DNA from: an uncultured Armatimonadetes bacterium
GTDB lineage: Bacteria; Armatimonadota; UBA5829; DTJY01
Reading direction: 5' to 3'
Assembly: GCA_963717145.1 (NCBI GenBank)
Contig: OY970325.1
Span: 384,001-448,000, forward strand
Length of the DNA: 64,000 nt
Position 1 is the stretch's first letter, and each line of letters begins with the position of its first letter. The notes under the pieces are model-generated. The model was not told where the DNA came from. It did not search any database and saw only the letters and a list, made by a program, of their open reading frames with translations. This document shows positions 9,420 through 19,671 of this stretch, piece by piece. Made by a program: the position numbers and the translations under genes.

Positions 9420-10316
9420 CTAGCCGAGGAGTGCGTTGTGAATGGCGGTACAGGCGATCGCTGCATGTCCCATCCCGACGACCACTTGAGCCACGTCACC
9501 GCTGACGACGTCACCCGCGGCATAGACCCCTGTGAAGCTTGTCTGCTGCTGGGCATCAACTTCGATGTAGCCGCCGGAGTCCAACTCGATGCTCATCTGT
9601 TTCGCCAGCTCGTTGTTCGGGGAGAGGCCCATGGTGCTGTAGCCTCGGAAGACTCCCTCGATCCTGTCGCCGTCGTCGAGGATGACGGTCCCGAGTTCGT
9701 CGCCCGTTTCCACGATGTTGGCGACCTTCGCCTCGAGGATCGGGATGCCGGCGTCCCGGAGCTGCTCCCTGAGCAGAGGTTCGATCTCATCGGCGCTGTG
9801 ACCGCAGGTCAGCAGGGTGAGGTCTCTGGAGTAGTGCGCCATCCACAGAGTCTCCGACGCGGCATGGTTGCCGTCGCCGATCATGACGATCTTCCGTCCG
9901 CGGGACTCATACGCATCGCAGACCGGGCAATGACGGATCGTCAAACCTTTGTAGCGGTCGGCGTCCGGAATCTCCGGCGGGATGTCGAACACCCCTGTGG
10001 CAAGGATGATCTTGCCGGCGGTCAACTCGCCCTCGGACGTGCGGAGGCGGAAATCGCCGTCTGATCCGTCTATCGAACGGACACGCTCGGCTCGGATCTC
10101 TGCGCCGTAGAGGAGAGCCTGATCTCTGAGGCATCCCAATAAGGCGCTGCCCGTCACGCCGCCCGGGAAGCACGGGAAGTTGCGGGTGACGGGAATCCAC
10201 GACGCCCGCGGCCTTCCTCCGTCAAATATGATAGAATGTCGCAGAAACCTGCCGAGATATGTGGCGCAGTGTAATCCCACCGGCCCGGCGCCGACGATCG
10301 CGCAGTCGAAGTCCAT
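9420..10316 (-). CDS. Thioredoxin reductase-like NAD(P)/FAD oxidoreductase
   Basis: IVGAGPVG, CPVCDAYE, GVYAAGD. Confidence 0.88.
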   Translation of the reverse strand: MDFDCAIVGAGPVGLHCATYLGRFLRHSIIFDGGRPRASWIPVTRNFPCFPGGVTGSALLGCLRDQALLYGAEIRAERVRSIDGSDGDFRLRTSEGELTAGKIILATGVFDIPPEIPDADRYKGLTIRHCPVCDAYESRGRKIVMIGDGNHAASETLWMAHYSRDLTLLTCGHSADEIEPLLREQLRDAGIPILEAKVANIVETGDELGTVILDDGDRIEGVFRGYSTMGLSPNNELAKQMSIELDSGGYIEVDAQQQTSFTGVYAAGDVVSGDVAQVVVGMGHAAIACTAIHNALLG

Positions 10317-10419
10317 GTGTCTGATCACCTCTGGTTAGTCATACCCAGAAGTGGCCCGGAATGCGCACATGGTTTGGGTTGCTCTCCGGCACAGGTAGAA
10401 TAGGTCAGAGGTGTGATGC

Positions 10420-10998
10420 ATGATTAGAGGCGAAAAGGTAATACTCCGGGCGATCGAACCCGACGATGTGCCCCAGCTTTGGGAGTGGATGCAGGACGAG
10501 GAACTGATGCGGTTGCGTGACTACCCGATGCCCCCGACATCGCTCGATCAGGCGCGCAGGGAGTTCGAGCAGTCGCCGGACAACAGTGCAGATCATCTGC
10601 ACCTTGCGATCACCACCCTCGATGGCGAGTTGATCGGCGAGACGACTCTTCGCGACATCGACCAGCGGAATAGGGGTGCGATCTTCACGATTGCGATCGG
10701 AGACAGGAAGAACTGGGGGCACGGATACGGCTCGGATGCGACTCGCTGCCTGATGAAGTACGCGTTCGAGCAGATGAACCTGCATCGCATCGACCTCTTT
10801 GTCCATGCCACGAACGAGCGCGCGATCAAGGCTTACGAGAAGTACGGATTCCAGCACGACGGCCGGCTCCGTGAGGCGCACTACATGGATGGCAAGTACT
10901 CCGACGTGCTGCTCATGGGCCTCCTGTATGACGACTTCAAGGCAGCAGAGGAGGCTCGGACGCAGCCCGATGTGGCTCGGATCCCGGCTCACATGTAG
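10420..10998 (+). CDS. GNAT N-acetyltransferase (RimJ/RimL family)
   Basis: WGHGYG, N.RAIKAYEK.GF..EG-like motifs. Confidence 0.9.
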   Translation: MIRGEKVILRAIEPDDVPQLWEWMQDEELMRLRDYPMPPTSLDQARREFEQSPDNSADHLHLAITTLDGELIGETTLRDIDQRNRGAIFTIAIGDRKNWGHGYGSDATRCLMKYAFEQMNLHRIDLFVHATNERAIKAYEKYGFQHDGRLREAHYMDGKYSDVLLMGLLYDDFKAAEEARTQPDVARIPAHM

Positions 10999-11064
10999 TG
11001 GCCGCGCCTCCGTGCCGGCCTGAGGCGTGCCATGGCCGGCACGGAGGCGCGGCCACTACATGTG
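10990..11064. repeat. GTAG-type REP doublet (REPIN-like)
   Basis: 31-bp perfect inverted arms CACATGTAGTGGCCGCGCCTCCGTGCCGGCC; relatives at 52747-52775 and 57278-57344. Confidence 0.9.
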
Positions 11065-11071
11065 CCACTGT

Positions 11072-12124
11072 TCACTTCGCCAACGGATTCTGCCGGTGGC
11101 ATTCCTCGATCACTTCGATCTGGCGGCGAACCTGCTCCGGTGGGATCGCGAGCGGTGTGCCCTTCGTCAGCGCGTCGTACAGATTGCCGTAAAACTGCTT
11201 GGCCATGTACCCGAACCAGCTCTTCTGCTCCTCCGGTATGTCCCAAGTCTCCGTGTGCCAGGTCAGGTCCTCGCCGCAGTACTTCCGGCCCTCGAGCGGT
11301 TCGCGGATGAGGTGCTGCTCGGGCGCTTCCTCGGGCTTGTAGTACTTCCATTCGAGGTGGTTCGCCGTGCCGTTCAGGCCGCCGTACTGAGCATAGATCT
11401 GATACATGGAGGTCGAGTAGGGCGCGCAGGATGAGATCTCGAGGTCGATAGTCGGCCGATCCTTGCCGGTGAGCAGGACTTTCACGTGGTCCTCCGCGTT
11501 GCCGAACGTGTTCACCCGGTCCATGATGCAGTGGACCTGGGGCATCATATCGAAGCCGAAGAGCCGGAGCACCTGGTCCATCGGATGCGGGCCGGTGTTG
11601 AGCAGGCTTCCCGCGTTCATCTCCTGGAGCGTCTGCCAGTCCCACCGTCGTCCGAAGCCGTTGAACGCAACCTTGATCTGGATGATGCGCCCGAGCACGC
11701 CGGAATCGAGCACCTTGAGGATCTGCTGGAAGTACGGCGCGAACCTCGACTGCTGGAAGATCGCGAAGACCTTGCCGGTTTCCTTCGACTTGGCGACGAG
11801 CTTATCGACGTCCGCCGCGTACCGGGCGATCGGCTTCTCGCAGAGAACGTTGTGGCCCGCGTCCATGATCTCGAGCGTCACGGGCACGTGGTCCGGGCTC
11901 ATCGTGGCGTTGACGACGAGATCGAGGTCGTCGCGCTTGAGCATCTCCTTGTAGTCGGTGTAGGCGGCGCACCCGGTCGCGTTCACGGCGTCGTCACATC
12001 GTCCGTCGAGCGGATCGGCGACGGCGGCGATCTCGTACTGGTCGGGCATCTCCTTCAGCGTGGCGATGTGGATGTTATGGCCGCTTCTCCCCTGGCCGAT
12101 AACGGCGGTTCGTATCTTCTTCAT
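11072..12124 (-). CDS. Gfo/Idh/MocA oxidoreductase
   Basis: VIGQGRSG, VLCEKP, GSLLNTGPH. Confidence 0.9.
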   Translation of the reverse strand: MKKIRTAVIGQGRSGHNIHIATLKEMPDQYEIAAVADPLDGRCDDAVNATGCAAYTDYKEMLKRDDLDLVVNATMSPDHVPVTLEIMDAGHNVLCEKPIARYAADVDKLVAKSKETGKVFAIFQQSRFAPYFQQILKVLDSGVLGRIIQIKVAFNGFGRRWDWQTLQEMNAGSLLNTGPHPMDQVLRLFGFDMMPQVHCIMDRVNTFGNAEDHVKVLLTGKDRPTIDLEISSCAPYSTSMYQIYAQYGGLNGTANHLEWKYYKPEEAPEQHLIREPLEGRKYCGEDLTWHTETWDIPEEQKSWFGYMAKQFYGNLYDALTKGTPLAIPPEQVRRQIEVIEECHRQNPLAK

Positions 12125-12140
12125 GGTTATTTCCCTTCTT

Positions 12141-12230
12141 TGGAGTGCGGAAGCGGAGTCTGCGGAGCTTCCGCTTTGGCTCGTCTGCAAAGCAAAGCGG
12201 AAGCTCCGCAGACTCCGCTTCCGCACTCCA
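12141..12230. repeat. TGGAGTGCG-type REP doublet
   Basis: 38-bp perfect inverted arms 12141-12178 and 12193-12230; relative at 46018-46137. Confidence 0.9.
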
Positions 12231-12233
12231 TAC

Positions 12234-13667
12234 CTACTGCTTTACCTTCTTGAACTCGACCTGGAATCCCTCCCCGCAGGTCTTGACCGATGCCGGTTCG
12301 CCGTCGAGGCCGAGAGTGAACGTCATCTTCACATCCTCGTGCTGCTCGGGATGCTCGTTCTTGCCGATGAACGTGTCGAAATGGTGGTGCTTCAGCTTGT
12401 AGTCGGTCCCGTACTTCGCATGGAGAGCGCCATCCACAAGTGTGATCGCCAGTGTCCCGTATGCGGCATCCTCGTAGTCGCCCACGTATGCCTCCAGCGC
12501 GCGTGAGGTCTTGGTCCGCTTGTGATGGACCTCCTTGGCCTTCTTCTCCTTCGCCTCCAACTTCTGGGCTGCCTGGACCTTCTTGATGTCGGCATTCCAA
12601 TCCCGCTTCGGGAGGTCGAGCAGGATGTCCCTGAGCGCGTTGGCGAGGCACCCGGACGGCCCATCCATCGCGATGTTCGTCAGCACGGTGAAACCGCTCT
12701 TCCTCCCAGGGATGAGCGTCGTATTGCTCGTGAATCCCCTGAGCCAGCCGCCGTGACTAACGATGATCTCGCCGCGATACTCCATCTTGTTCCATCCCAG
12801 GCAGTAAGTCGAGAGGTTCGAGCCGTGATCGATGCCGTACTTGTCGGGATTCTCGACCGGAACGACCATGTGCGGCTTCTTTGTTTCATCGAGGCTCTTC
12901 TTGGAGACGACCTGCTTCCCCTTGAACTCCCCGTCGTTCAGATGAAGGCGGATCCACTTGCTCATGTCCTCGGCGCTCGCGTTGATCGCGCCGGCCGCGG
13001 TCGAGTTGTCGTGCTTCGGCGCGGGAACCATGACGGTCTTGCCCTTGTGCGGCACATGTCCGTGCGAGTGGTCCGCCGATGCCTCTGTTTCGCTGACCTT
13101 GGTGAGCGCCTTCATGCCAAGTGGCTTGAAGATTCGCTTCTTGACGAACTCCTGCCAGGTGCTCCCCGATGCCGCCCCGACGCAGAGGCCCGCCGCGGAG
13201 AACGGGACGTTCGCGTACTCGTAGGTCGATCGGAATGAGGTCGACTTGGGAGCGAGCCCGTATCGGCGGACGATCTCCTCCGCATCCCGATCCTCTACGC
13301 CCCAGAGCGCGTCGTGCCGGGGCATGCCGGTTCGATGGCTGACGAGGTCGCGCATGGTGACCTGAGCGTCGGCGTGCGGGTCGGAGAGCTTGAAGTACGG
13401 CAGATGCTTCCTGGGGTGGTCATCCCATGACATCTTCCCCTCGTCGACCAGGATCGCCATGCAGGCGGTCGTGAACGCCTTGGTCATCGAGGCGATGGCG
13501 AAGAGGGTGCTCGGCGTGACCGGATCGTCCGTGCCGACCTCCTTGACGCCGTACCCCCTCAGGTATACCTCATCGCCCTGGACGACGGCGACCGCCACTC
13601 CCGGTATCTTCCATGCCTTCATTCCGGCCTGGATTGCTTTATCGATTGCGGATGTGTTGATTGCCAA
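12234..13667 (-). CDS. Serine hydrolase (class C beta-lactamase/AmpC-like)
   Basis: SMTK (SxxK), YAN (YxN), HGG motifs. Confidence 0.9.
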   Translation of the reverse strand: MAINTSAIDKAIQAGMKAWKIPGVAVAVVQGDEVYLRGYGVKEVGTDDPVTPSTLFAIASMTKAFTTACMAILVDEGKMSWDDHPRKHLPYFKLSDPHADAQVTMRDLVSHRTGMPRHDALWGVEDRDAEEIVRRYGLAPKSTSFRSTYEYANVPFSAAGLCVGAASGSTWQEFVKKRIFKPLGMKALTKVSETEASADHSHGHVPHKGKTVMVPAPKHDNSTAAGAINASAEDMSKWIRLHLNDGEFKGKQVVSKKSLDETKKPHMVVPVENPDKYGIDHGSNLSTYCLGWNKMEYRGEIIVSHGGWLRGFTSNTTLIPGRKSGFTVLTNIAMDGPSGCLANALRDILLDLPKRDWNADIKKVQAAQKLEAKEKKAKEVHHKRTKTSRALEAYVGDYEDAAYGTLAITLVDGALHAKYGTDYKLKHHHFDTFIGKNEHPEQHEDVKMTFTLGLDGEPASVKTCGEGFQVEFKKVKQ

Positions 13668-13805
13668 TCTGCTCTCCCGTGGGGTTGAAGCCCCAGTCTA
13701 TCACCGAAGCATGCTGAAGCAAGCTCGCACCATTATACTATGCGCGGGGTTGCTTACTCCAGCGTGCCTGGTTGATCATATGTGGTGCAAGGACTGACTG
13801 CGCGG

Positions 13806-14720
13806 TCAAAGGAGCCTGCTGACTGTGGACACGACGTGATCGTGGATGTCGGCCGGGATGCATCCGTTGACGATCTCGATTGACATCAGTCTGCCGGGAC
13901 GTCCAGCTATCTTGATAGTCGATCCCGACAGATCAAGGCAGCCACTCAGAGGCTTGACCGCGTGTGCGATCCCCGGTCTGAACGCGAGCTGCCACTTAGT
14001 GGCCGAGATACGGACGAGTGAACAGTCTACCGCATGTCGGGCGAAAACCTTGCTGCCCAAGTATACGCTGCGATTCGCTGACATATCGTACACGGCCATT
14101 GTCATCCCTCCGAGTGTCGCAACTGCAAGGGGCTCCTCGGCTAGTATCTGTTCCGCAAGTTCCTCCAGTCTGATCTGAGCCTCGATTCTCACGAAGTCAT
14201 CGCTGGTGAATGCCTGACCAAATGCAAGTCGTTCCAGGACTCCGTGGTCACACTTGCCCACGTAGCCCGATAGCAGGCGGAACCAGTCGCGCTCCCAGGG
14301 TGTGCCTTTCTCACCTGCGTAACATATGTTGCCTATACCCGCGTAGTGCTGATCGTCCGATGCCAGCCACCTGGCCAACAATACTCCTGCGGGTGTGGAC
14401 AATGCCTCGTTATACTCGATGTGCTGGCATAGCCGCTGTAGTTTCTCAAGCACTGTCGGGGGCCAGGGATGGTGGTCAATCCAGAACACTTCCACGCCGG
14501 CATCCTTCAAAGCCTGCACCGCTTCGACCGAGGGCTCGTCGGCGGGAACATCGGTCACGTACAGCCTGGTCGGCGGGTACTTCAGGGCAGAGTGCAGCTT
14601 GCTCGCGATCCATCTAGCGTTAGAGTACTGCACTCGGTAGTCGGACTGCTCGCGCCGAATGAGTTGGGCCGCGCAGGTCATGCCGTCAACATCGCCATGT
14701 GTGATGATGAGCGCGGTCAT
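13806..14720 (-). CDS. DHH-family phosphoesterase
   Basis: THGDVDG, VTD, WIDHH; ATG 14720 overlaps upstream TGA (ATGA). Confidence 0.8.
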   Translation of the reverse strand: MTALIITHGDVDGMTCAAQLIRREQSDYRVQYSNARWIASKLHSALKYPPTRLYVTDVPADEPSVEAVQALKDAGVEVFWIDHHPWPPTVLEKLQRLCQHIEYNEALSTPAGVLLARWLASDDQHYAGIGNICYAGEKGTPWERDWFRLLSGYVGKCDHGVLERLAFGQAFTSDDFVRIEAQIRLEELAEQILAEEPLAVATLGGMTMAVYDMSANRSVYLGSKVFARHAVDCSLVRISATKWQLAFRPGIAHAVKPLSGCLDLSGSTIKIAGRPGRLMSIEIVNGCIPADIHDHVVSTVSRLL

Positions 14721-15571
14721 AGCTGCTCCCACTCTTCCGAAGGTGGCAGGCCGTAGCAGCCTTCTTCAATCAGGACCAGCTTCGGGCGTAGTGCCGACGA
14801 GCGTGCTGACTCTCTCAATCTGTCCAGCAGCCTGCTCTTGGGATTGTAGGCGTACAGAACGAGCAGGCATTCTACTCTCGGTGGCTGAGAGGGATAAGTG
14901 ACGTTGTCCGGTATCACCCCGAGTTGCTTCTTCTGGTGAACCACAGTCTGGTACGAAGAGGTGACATCCTGGCGGAGACCACCGCCGGGTGCAAAGACAT
15001 CATGGTACTCACGTATCTGCGTCATCAGTTCCTGGATGCGATTGTCCAGCCCCTGCTTGATCTCGACCAGAATGACCGATGCTTCCTCATTACAAGGACA
15101 GGATAGTGCAACCAAGTCCAGGCGTTTCCTGATGCCGTGGGTCTGTATCTGCCTGTCAAGGAAGACGACTGGCGAATCGGTGAGGCAACTCCGTCGGATC
15201 ATGTGTTCCTCGATGGCAGCCTCGGATTTCGCCGTTGCCAGTGCGTTGGATATTACGGTACCCATCTCTGACAGGTAGGTCATTACGAAGGCATCATCCG
15301 CAGCAAAGCAGCGGTACTGCCGGTCTGCTGTATCTGCAAGTAACGTGTTGTCGCGGAACGTCCGGTGGATGTTGGCCTCATATGCCAGGCCCCTCTCACG
15401 AAGCTGCAGCACACTCCGGCCGCTTGCGTACACGTTGATGTAGTTCTCCCTGATCTGGAGGTCCAGACCCCGGTCGAGCGAGGCGCTGAGCAAAGGGGTG
15501 AATCTGCCTTGTATGAGTTCACGCATGAAATCCTCGGTCAACCCGCGCGCGAATGGCTTGTGTCTAGTCAC
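14717..15571 (-). CDS. Putative PD-(D/E)XK nuclease
   Basis: GTG 15571 after AGGAG; RLDLVAL...LVEIK...QIREY fits D..ExK..QxxxY. Confidence 0.65.
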   Translation of the reverse strand: MTRHKPFARGLTEDFMRELIQGRFTPLLSASLDRGLDLQIRENYINVYASGRSVLQLRERGLAYEANIHRTFRDNTLLADTADRQYRCFAADDAFVMTYLSEMGTVISNALATAKSEAAIEEHMIRRSCLTDSPVVFLDRQIQTHGIRKRLDLVALSCPCNEEASVILVEIKQGLDNRIQELMTQIREYHDVFAPGGGLRQDVTSSYQTVVHQKKQLGVIPDNVTYPSQPPRVECLLVLYAYNPKSRLLDRLRESARSSALRPKLVLIEEGCYGLPPSEEWEQL

Positions 15572-15614
15572 GATATACTCCTGCAACGTTCCGCCAGCGC
15601 TCGATCTCGGTGGT

Positions 15615-15863
15615 TCATCGGAGTTTCCCTGTATCATCGTGTTGGGCAGCGCTTTGGCGTCCCACTCTGTAGCTGTAGACACAGGCCCAGATGACGTGCC
15701 CGAGCGCGAACAGGAAGTAGACGACGCCGAAGAACAAGTCATGCTCATCATGATGAATGCCATCGTCCCGAACTCTGGCGATCCCGAGTGTTGCCCATGC
15801 GATTGCGAAGAGCAGGCTGCTGGCTGTCTGAAGTCTCAGTTTCCCTCTGGCTGATAGTCTCAT
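15615..15863 (-). CDS. Small two-TM membrane protein
   Basis: GGAGG RBS before ATG 15863; two hydrophobic segments. Confidence 0.55.
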   Translation of the reverse strand: MRLSARGKLRLQTASSLLFAIAWATLGIARVRDDGIHHDEHDLFFGVVYFLFALGHVIWACVYSYRVGRQSAAQHDDTGKLR

Positions 15864-16035
15864 CGCTGCCTCCAAGGTGTCGTACAGAGATGGCTCAGCT
15901 TGCCTTCGACAAGAAGGATGGGCAGGAGTACAGGCGTATCTCGTCCTGCACATCCTGCCCATCCTTGTCAGTCGGCAAGCGGCAACAGATGCACTCACGG
16001 CTGCTTGCATCGGTTGCCGCTTGCTACTCCAGTTC

Positions 16036-18897
16036 CTAGCCCACCATCACCGACGCGATGCCGAATGCGGGGACCTTGACGATGAGCGTGTCGCCCTCCA
16101 TCTTGGCCTTCAACTTCGGGATCGGCTGCTCCATCAGATCGACCTGGCGTGCGGGCGTTCCGGGCGAGACCAGACCCGTGAGCTTGACCTTCGCCTCGGT
16201 GTCCTTGCCCTCGACCTCGTACACGCGGACGATCAGCGCATCGGAGTCCTCGGCCTTCTTGATCGAGGCCAGCATCACGTTCGGCGTCAAGACCTCCGCG
16301 AAGCCCTTGCTCGGCGGGAGCTTGCCCTTGTGGATGTCCGTGCTCGCCACGTTCATCGGCAGGTTGAACGCCGCGCCCTGCTTCGTCGCCGCCGAGACAG
16401 AGACCGGTCCGTCGTGCGGGATGATGGCCAGCCGGATCGTGTGGTCTCCGGTCTCCGGGATGGGATCGGGATCGAAGCTGGACCGGAGAAGCGTCAGTCT
16501 CAGCGTGTTCTCGTCCGCGTTGTGGCCGTACTTGTCCGCATTGACCATCGTGATTCCGCATGCGCCCTTCGCGCCGATGCGGTCGCCGGAGAGGTCCGCC
16601 CACTTGAGCGCCGGGACCTCTTGTCCATTCGAAGGCCGCTGGATGCTGCCGAACGGGATCTCGTAGGTCGCCTTGGGGTCCGATATCCTTGTCGGGAAGG
16701 CGATCCTGATCTGCGGAATGCCGGCCTCCGGGGTGCCGATCTCGACCCAGTGTACCTGGACGGTGAAGTCGATCATCGGACTGCCGGCATTGAGGCCGAC
16801 CTCCACGCTGACGGTTGAGTCTCCCACCTTGCGCTTCGTGACGACGGTCGCTCGATGCGGCCCTCGTTGGCCGACATTGAAGTCGCCGTCCTGAGAAAGG
16901 ATGTCGACCCTGTCGATCTTGCCGATCACCCATGAAGTCATGCCCTTGGACACCTCGTGGACGTGTTCGAGCACTCCGAGCAGTTGCCCATCGGGAACAA
17001 GGTCGTAGCCGGTGGCCTTGTCGATGAGGTGCTTGATCGCACCCGAGGGCGGGTCGATCTCGACGCTCACGAACTCGTTCTCCATCGTCACCGGTGCAGC
17101 GCCTGAACTGAACTGCTCGCCCTTCTGGGTCAACTTGACGCCTTCGGTCGCAACCGGCGTGGCGACTCGGTCGATGGTGTAGACCTTGTAGCCTGTCGCG
17201 GGGACCTCGGTTGCAGGGAAGGCCACCGTGATGAAGTTGTGCCCCCAGTAGCCGCCCTTGCCGACGACCTGGCCGGCGGTCGCTTTGCCCTTCTCGTCGC
17301 GAACGGCGATCCGGTCGTGGGGGAACTCCTTGTTCCAGACCTTGGCGCAGATGACTTCCGATCGCGGGAATCCGAGCTGGTTGAAGATGACAACCGGCTC
17401 GGCAGAGACCGCGCCGACCGCATATGCCGAAACACCGCCCGCGATGCCGGGGTCGCCCGCTCCTGCGCCCGCACTGTCTCCAAGAGATGATCCCAGGTTG
17501 CCCCTCGGTGGCTCGATCCCGGATGCCTTGCTCGTGTCGATCTGAGCCGCAAGCCGACGGAGCGCCCTGGTCCGGATCGCGCCCGCGATCGCCTGAGTCT
17601 CCTGGAAGAGGCCCTGCGCGTACTCGTAGGTCGCGTGCACGCCCGAGCCGGGGAGGATGTCGTGGAACTGGTTGAACATCGCCATCCGCCAGCCCTTGCG
17701 GATCTGGTCCATGGGGTAGGGGAATCCGGCCGCCGCGCCCGCCACCAGGGAGATCGCCTCGACCTCCGGCAGGATGTTCTCGCTCACGCGGTTCGCGCGC
17801 TTGATGTTGCTCTGCGATGTGTAGCAGCCCTCGAAGACGTAGTTCAGCTCGCCGTCGACGACGGGCATGCTCCTCGGCCTTCTCGACGATCGAGAAGAAG
17901 TCGTCTGTCGTGGAGAGCTTGACTGCGGGAAGATCGGCCACGTATTCAGCTCGATCGCCTTCATGAGGTCGCGCCGAGTCGGTCCGCCGCCGTGGTCGCC
18001 GACGCCGTACATGATACATCAAGTCCTTCAGGCCGGTCTCCTTGACGTAATCGACCATCCACTGCGCCATCCACGCGTCGATCTGGCCGTTGTAGCCGCG
18101 CTTGTCGCGGTATCCGAGCACCTTCGAGCCGTCGGGCGCCTTCCACCAGAAGAGCCACTTCTCCGGGCCCGTGCGGTGGAAGTAGTAGCGGCGTGACGCC
18201 GCCGCGATTGAGGATGCCGGGGAGCGTGTGCGCGTGGCCGAAGGTGTCGCACTCCCAGTCGATCTTGATCGCGTCGTACGGCAGGCCGAAGCTTCTCGTT
18301 GAAGTAGCGGCGGGTGTAGAGCATGTGCCGGCAGAGGATCTCGCCGGACGCGAGGTTCTTGTCGCCCTCGACCCACATGCTCGCGGTCAGCTCCCAGCGT
18401 CCCTCGGCGATGCGCTTCTTGATCGCCTCGAAGATCTCCGGGCAGAACTCCTCCATGCCGATGTACGTCGACGCCTGGCTCTGGGAGAAGTGGAACTCCG
18501 GGAACTCGTCCATCAGCCGGTCGACGGTCGGGAAGGTGTCGTGGGTGACGCTGACCGTCTCCTGCCAGGGCCACATCCAGTTCATGTCGATGTGCGCGTG
18601 CCCGCAGCAGTGGATGGTGTACTCCTTCGCGGCCTCACCGATCGGCGCGAGGATGAGTTCGGCCTCAGAGATCACGGCGGTAAGATCGATCGCCCCCGAG
18701 GCGCTCAGCCTGTCCTTGACGACCCCGGCGGCCTTCAGGATCAGTCTCTGCCACTTGTGAGTCTTGTCCGGGAAGAGATCGGCGAATTTCGCCGCGAAGT
18801 CGATCTCCGAGCGGATGCGTTGCACCATCGGCGATGCGCCGGTCGGAGTCTCGGCGATGCCTCGAAGCGTGCTGTCCAGCGGTTCTGCAAAATCCAT
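16036..18897 (-). pseudogene. GH38 alpha-mannosidase with about 5 indels in 17860-18300 (probably assembly error)
   Basis: GHAHIDMNWMW, DTFGH, YGVGDHGGG, NQFHDILPG distributed over three frames. Confidence 0.85.
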
Positions 18898-19098
18898 AAC
18901 AGGTCCCTCTCAAATTCGAGTTGTGTTAGTTACCGGATAGACTATTGGTGAATGGGTGGTGGTATTCCTTCGCGGGAAGAGGGGCATTGTCCGCAGGTAC
19001 GAATCGGGCTGATGATGAACAGAATGTTACCTTTGCCCACTCCGGTTGCACTAACCATATGAAGATCGATCCCGGTCACGTCGGTGAGGAGCAATCCT

Positions 19099-19671
19099 AT
19101 GCAATCACAACTCGATTCGGCCCGAAGGTGCAGGTCGAACGCCGAGGACATCTGCCTGATAGCGAAGTTTCTCGACGGGAGCGAGTCTGCCTTCGAGGAG
19201 CTGTTCCGCAAGTACCAGGGCAGGCTGCTCTCGATCTGCAGGCACTTCCTCTGTAATGATACCGACGCCGAGGACGCGGTCCAAGATGCGTTCTTGAGCA
19301 TCTACCACGGCTTGGCGCGTTTCAGAGGTGATTCCAGCTTCTACACCTGGGCCTACGGTATCGCGGTCCGAAGCTGCATCTCGCACCGGCGAAGGCATCG
19401 GCCTGCGACCGAGCCGCTCGACGACGTGCCCGAGGCTGCGGACTGCCGAGTGGGTGACGACATCGACCGCATCATCGTGCAGCAGGCCGTCTCGAAGATG
19501 CCTGAACAGTATCGGATCGTCCTCATCCTGAAGTACTACGAGCAACTCTCGATGGAGGAGATCGCTGCTATCCTCGGCTGCTCGGCTGATCGGATCAAGA
19601 TGCGGCTCCACCGCGCACGGAATGCCCTCAGGGGCGTCCTCGACCTCGATATGGGAGGCGACCGAAGATGA
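19099..19671 (+). CDS. ECF RNA polymerase sigma factor
   Basis: DAEDAVQDAF, FYTW, EIAAILG...IKMRLHRAR; GAGGAG RBS. Confidence 0.9.
   Translation: MQSQLDSARRCRSNAEDICLIAKFLDGSESAFEELFRKYQGRLLSICRHFLCNDTDAEDAVQDAFLSIYHGLARFRGDSSFYTWAYGIAVRSCISHRRRHRPATEPLDDVPEAADCRVGDDIDRIIVQQAVSKMPEQYRIVLILKYYEQLSMEEIAAILGCSADRIKMRLHRARNALRGVLDLDMGGDRR

Noticed and set aside
15572-15763. Long N-terminal extension of the nuclease ORF in the ORF track
   Set aside because: Overlaps a better small membrane ORF; GTG 15571 has a good RBS.
15995-18574. 859-aa minus-strand ORF as a separate protein
   Set aside because: Mostly an off-frame shadow of GH38; only short stretches are the true frame between indels.
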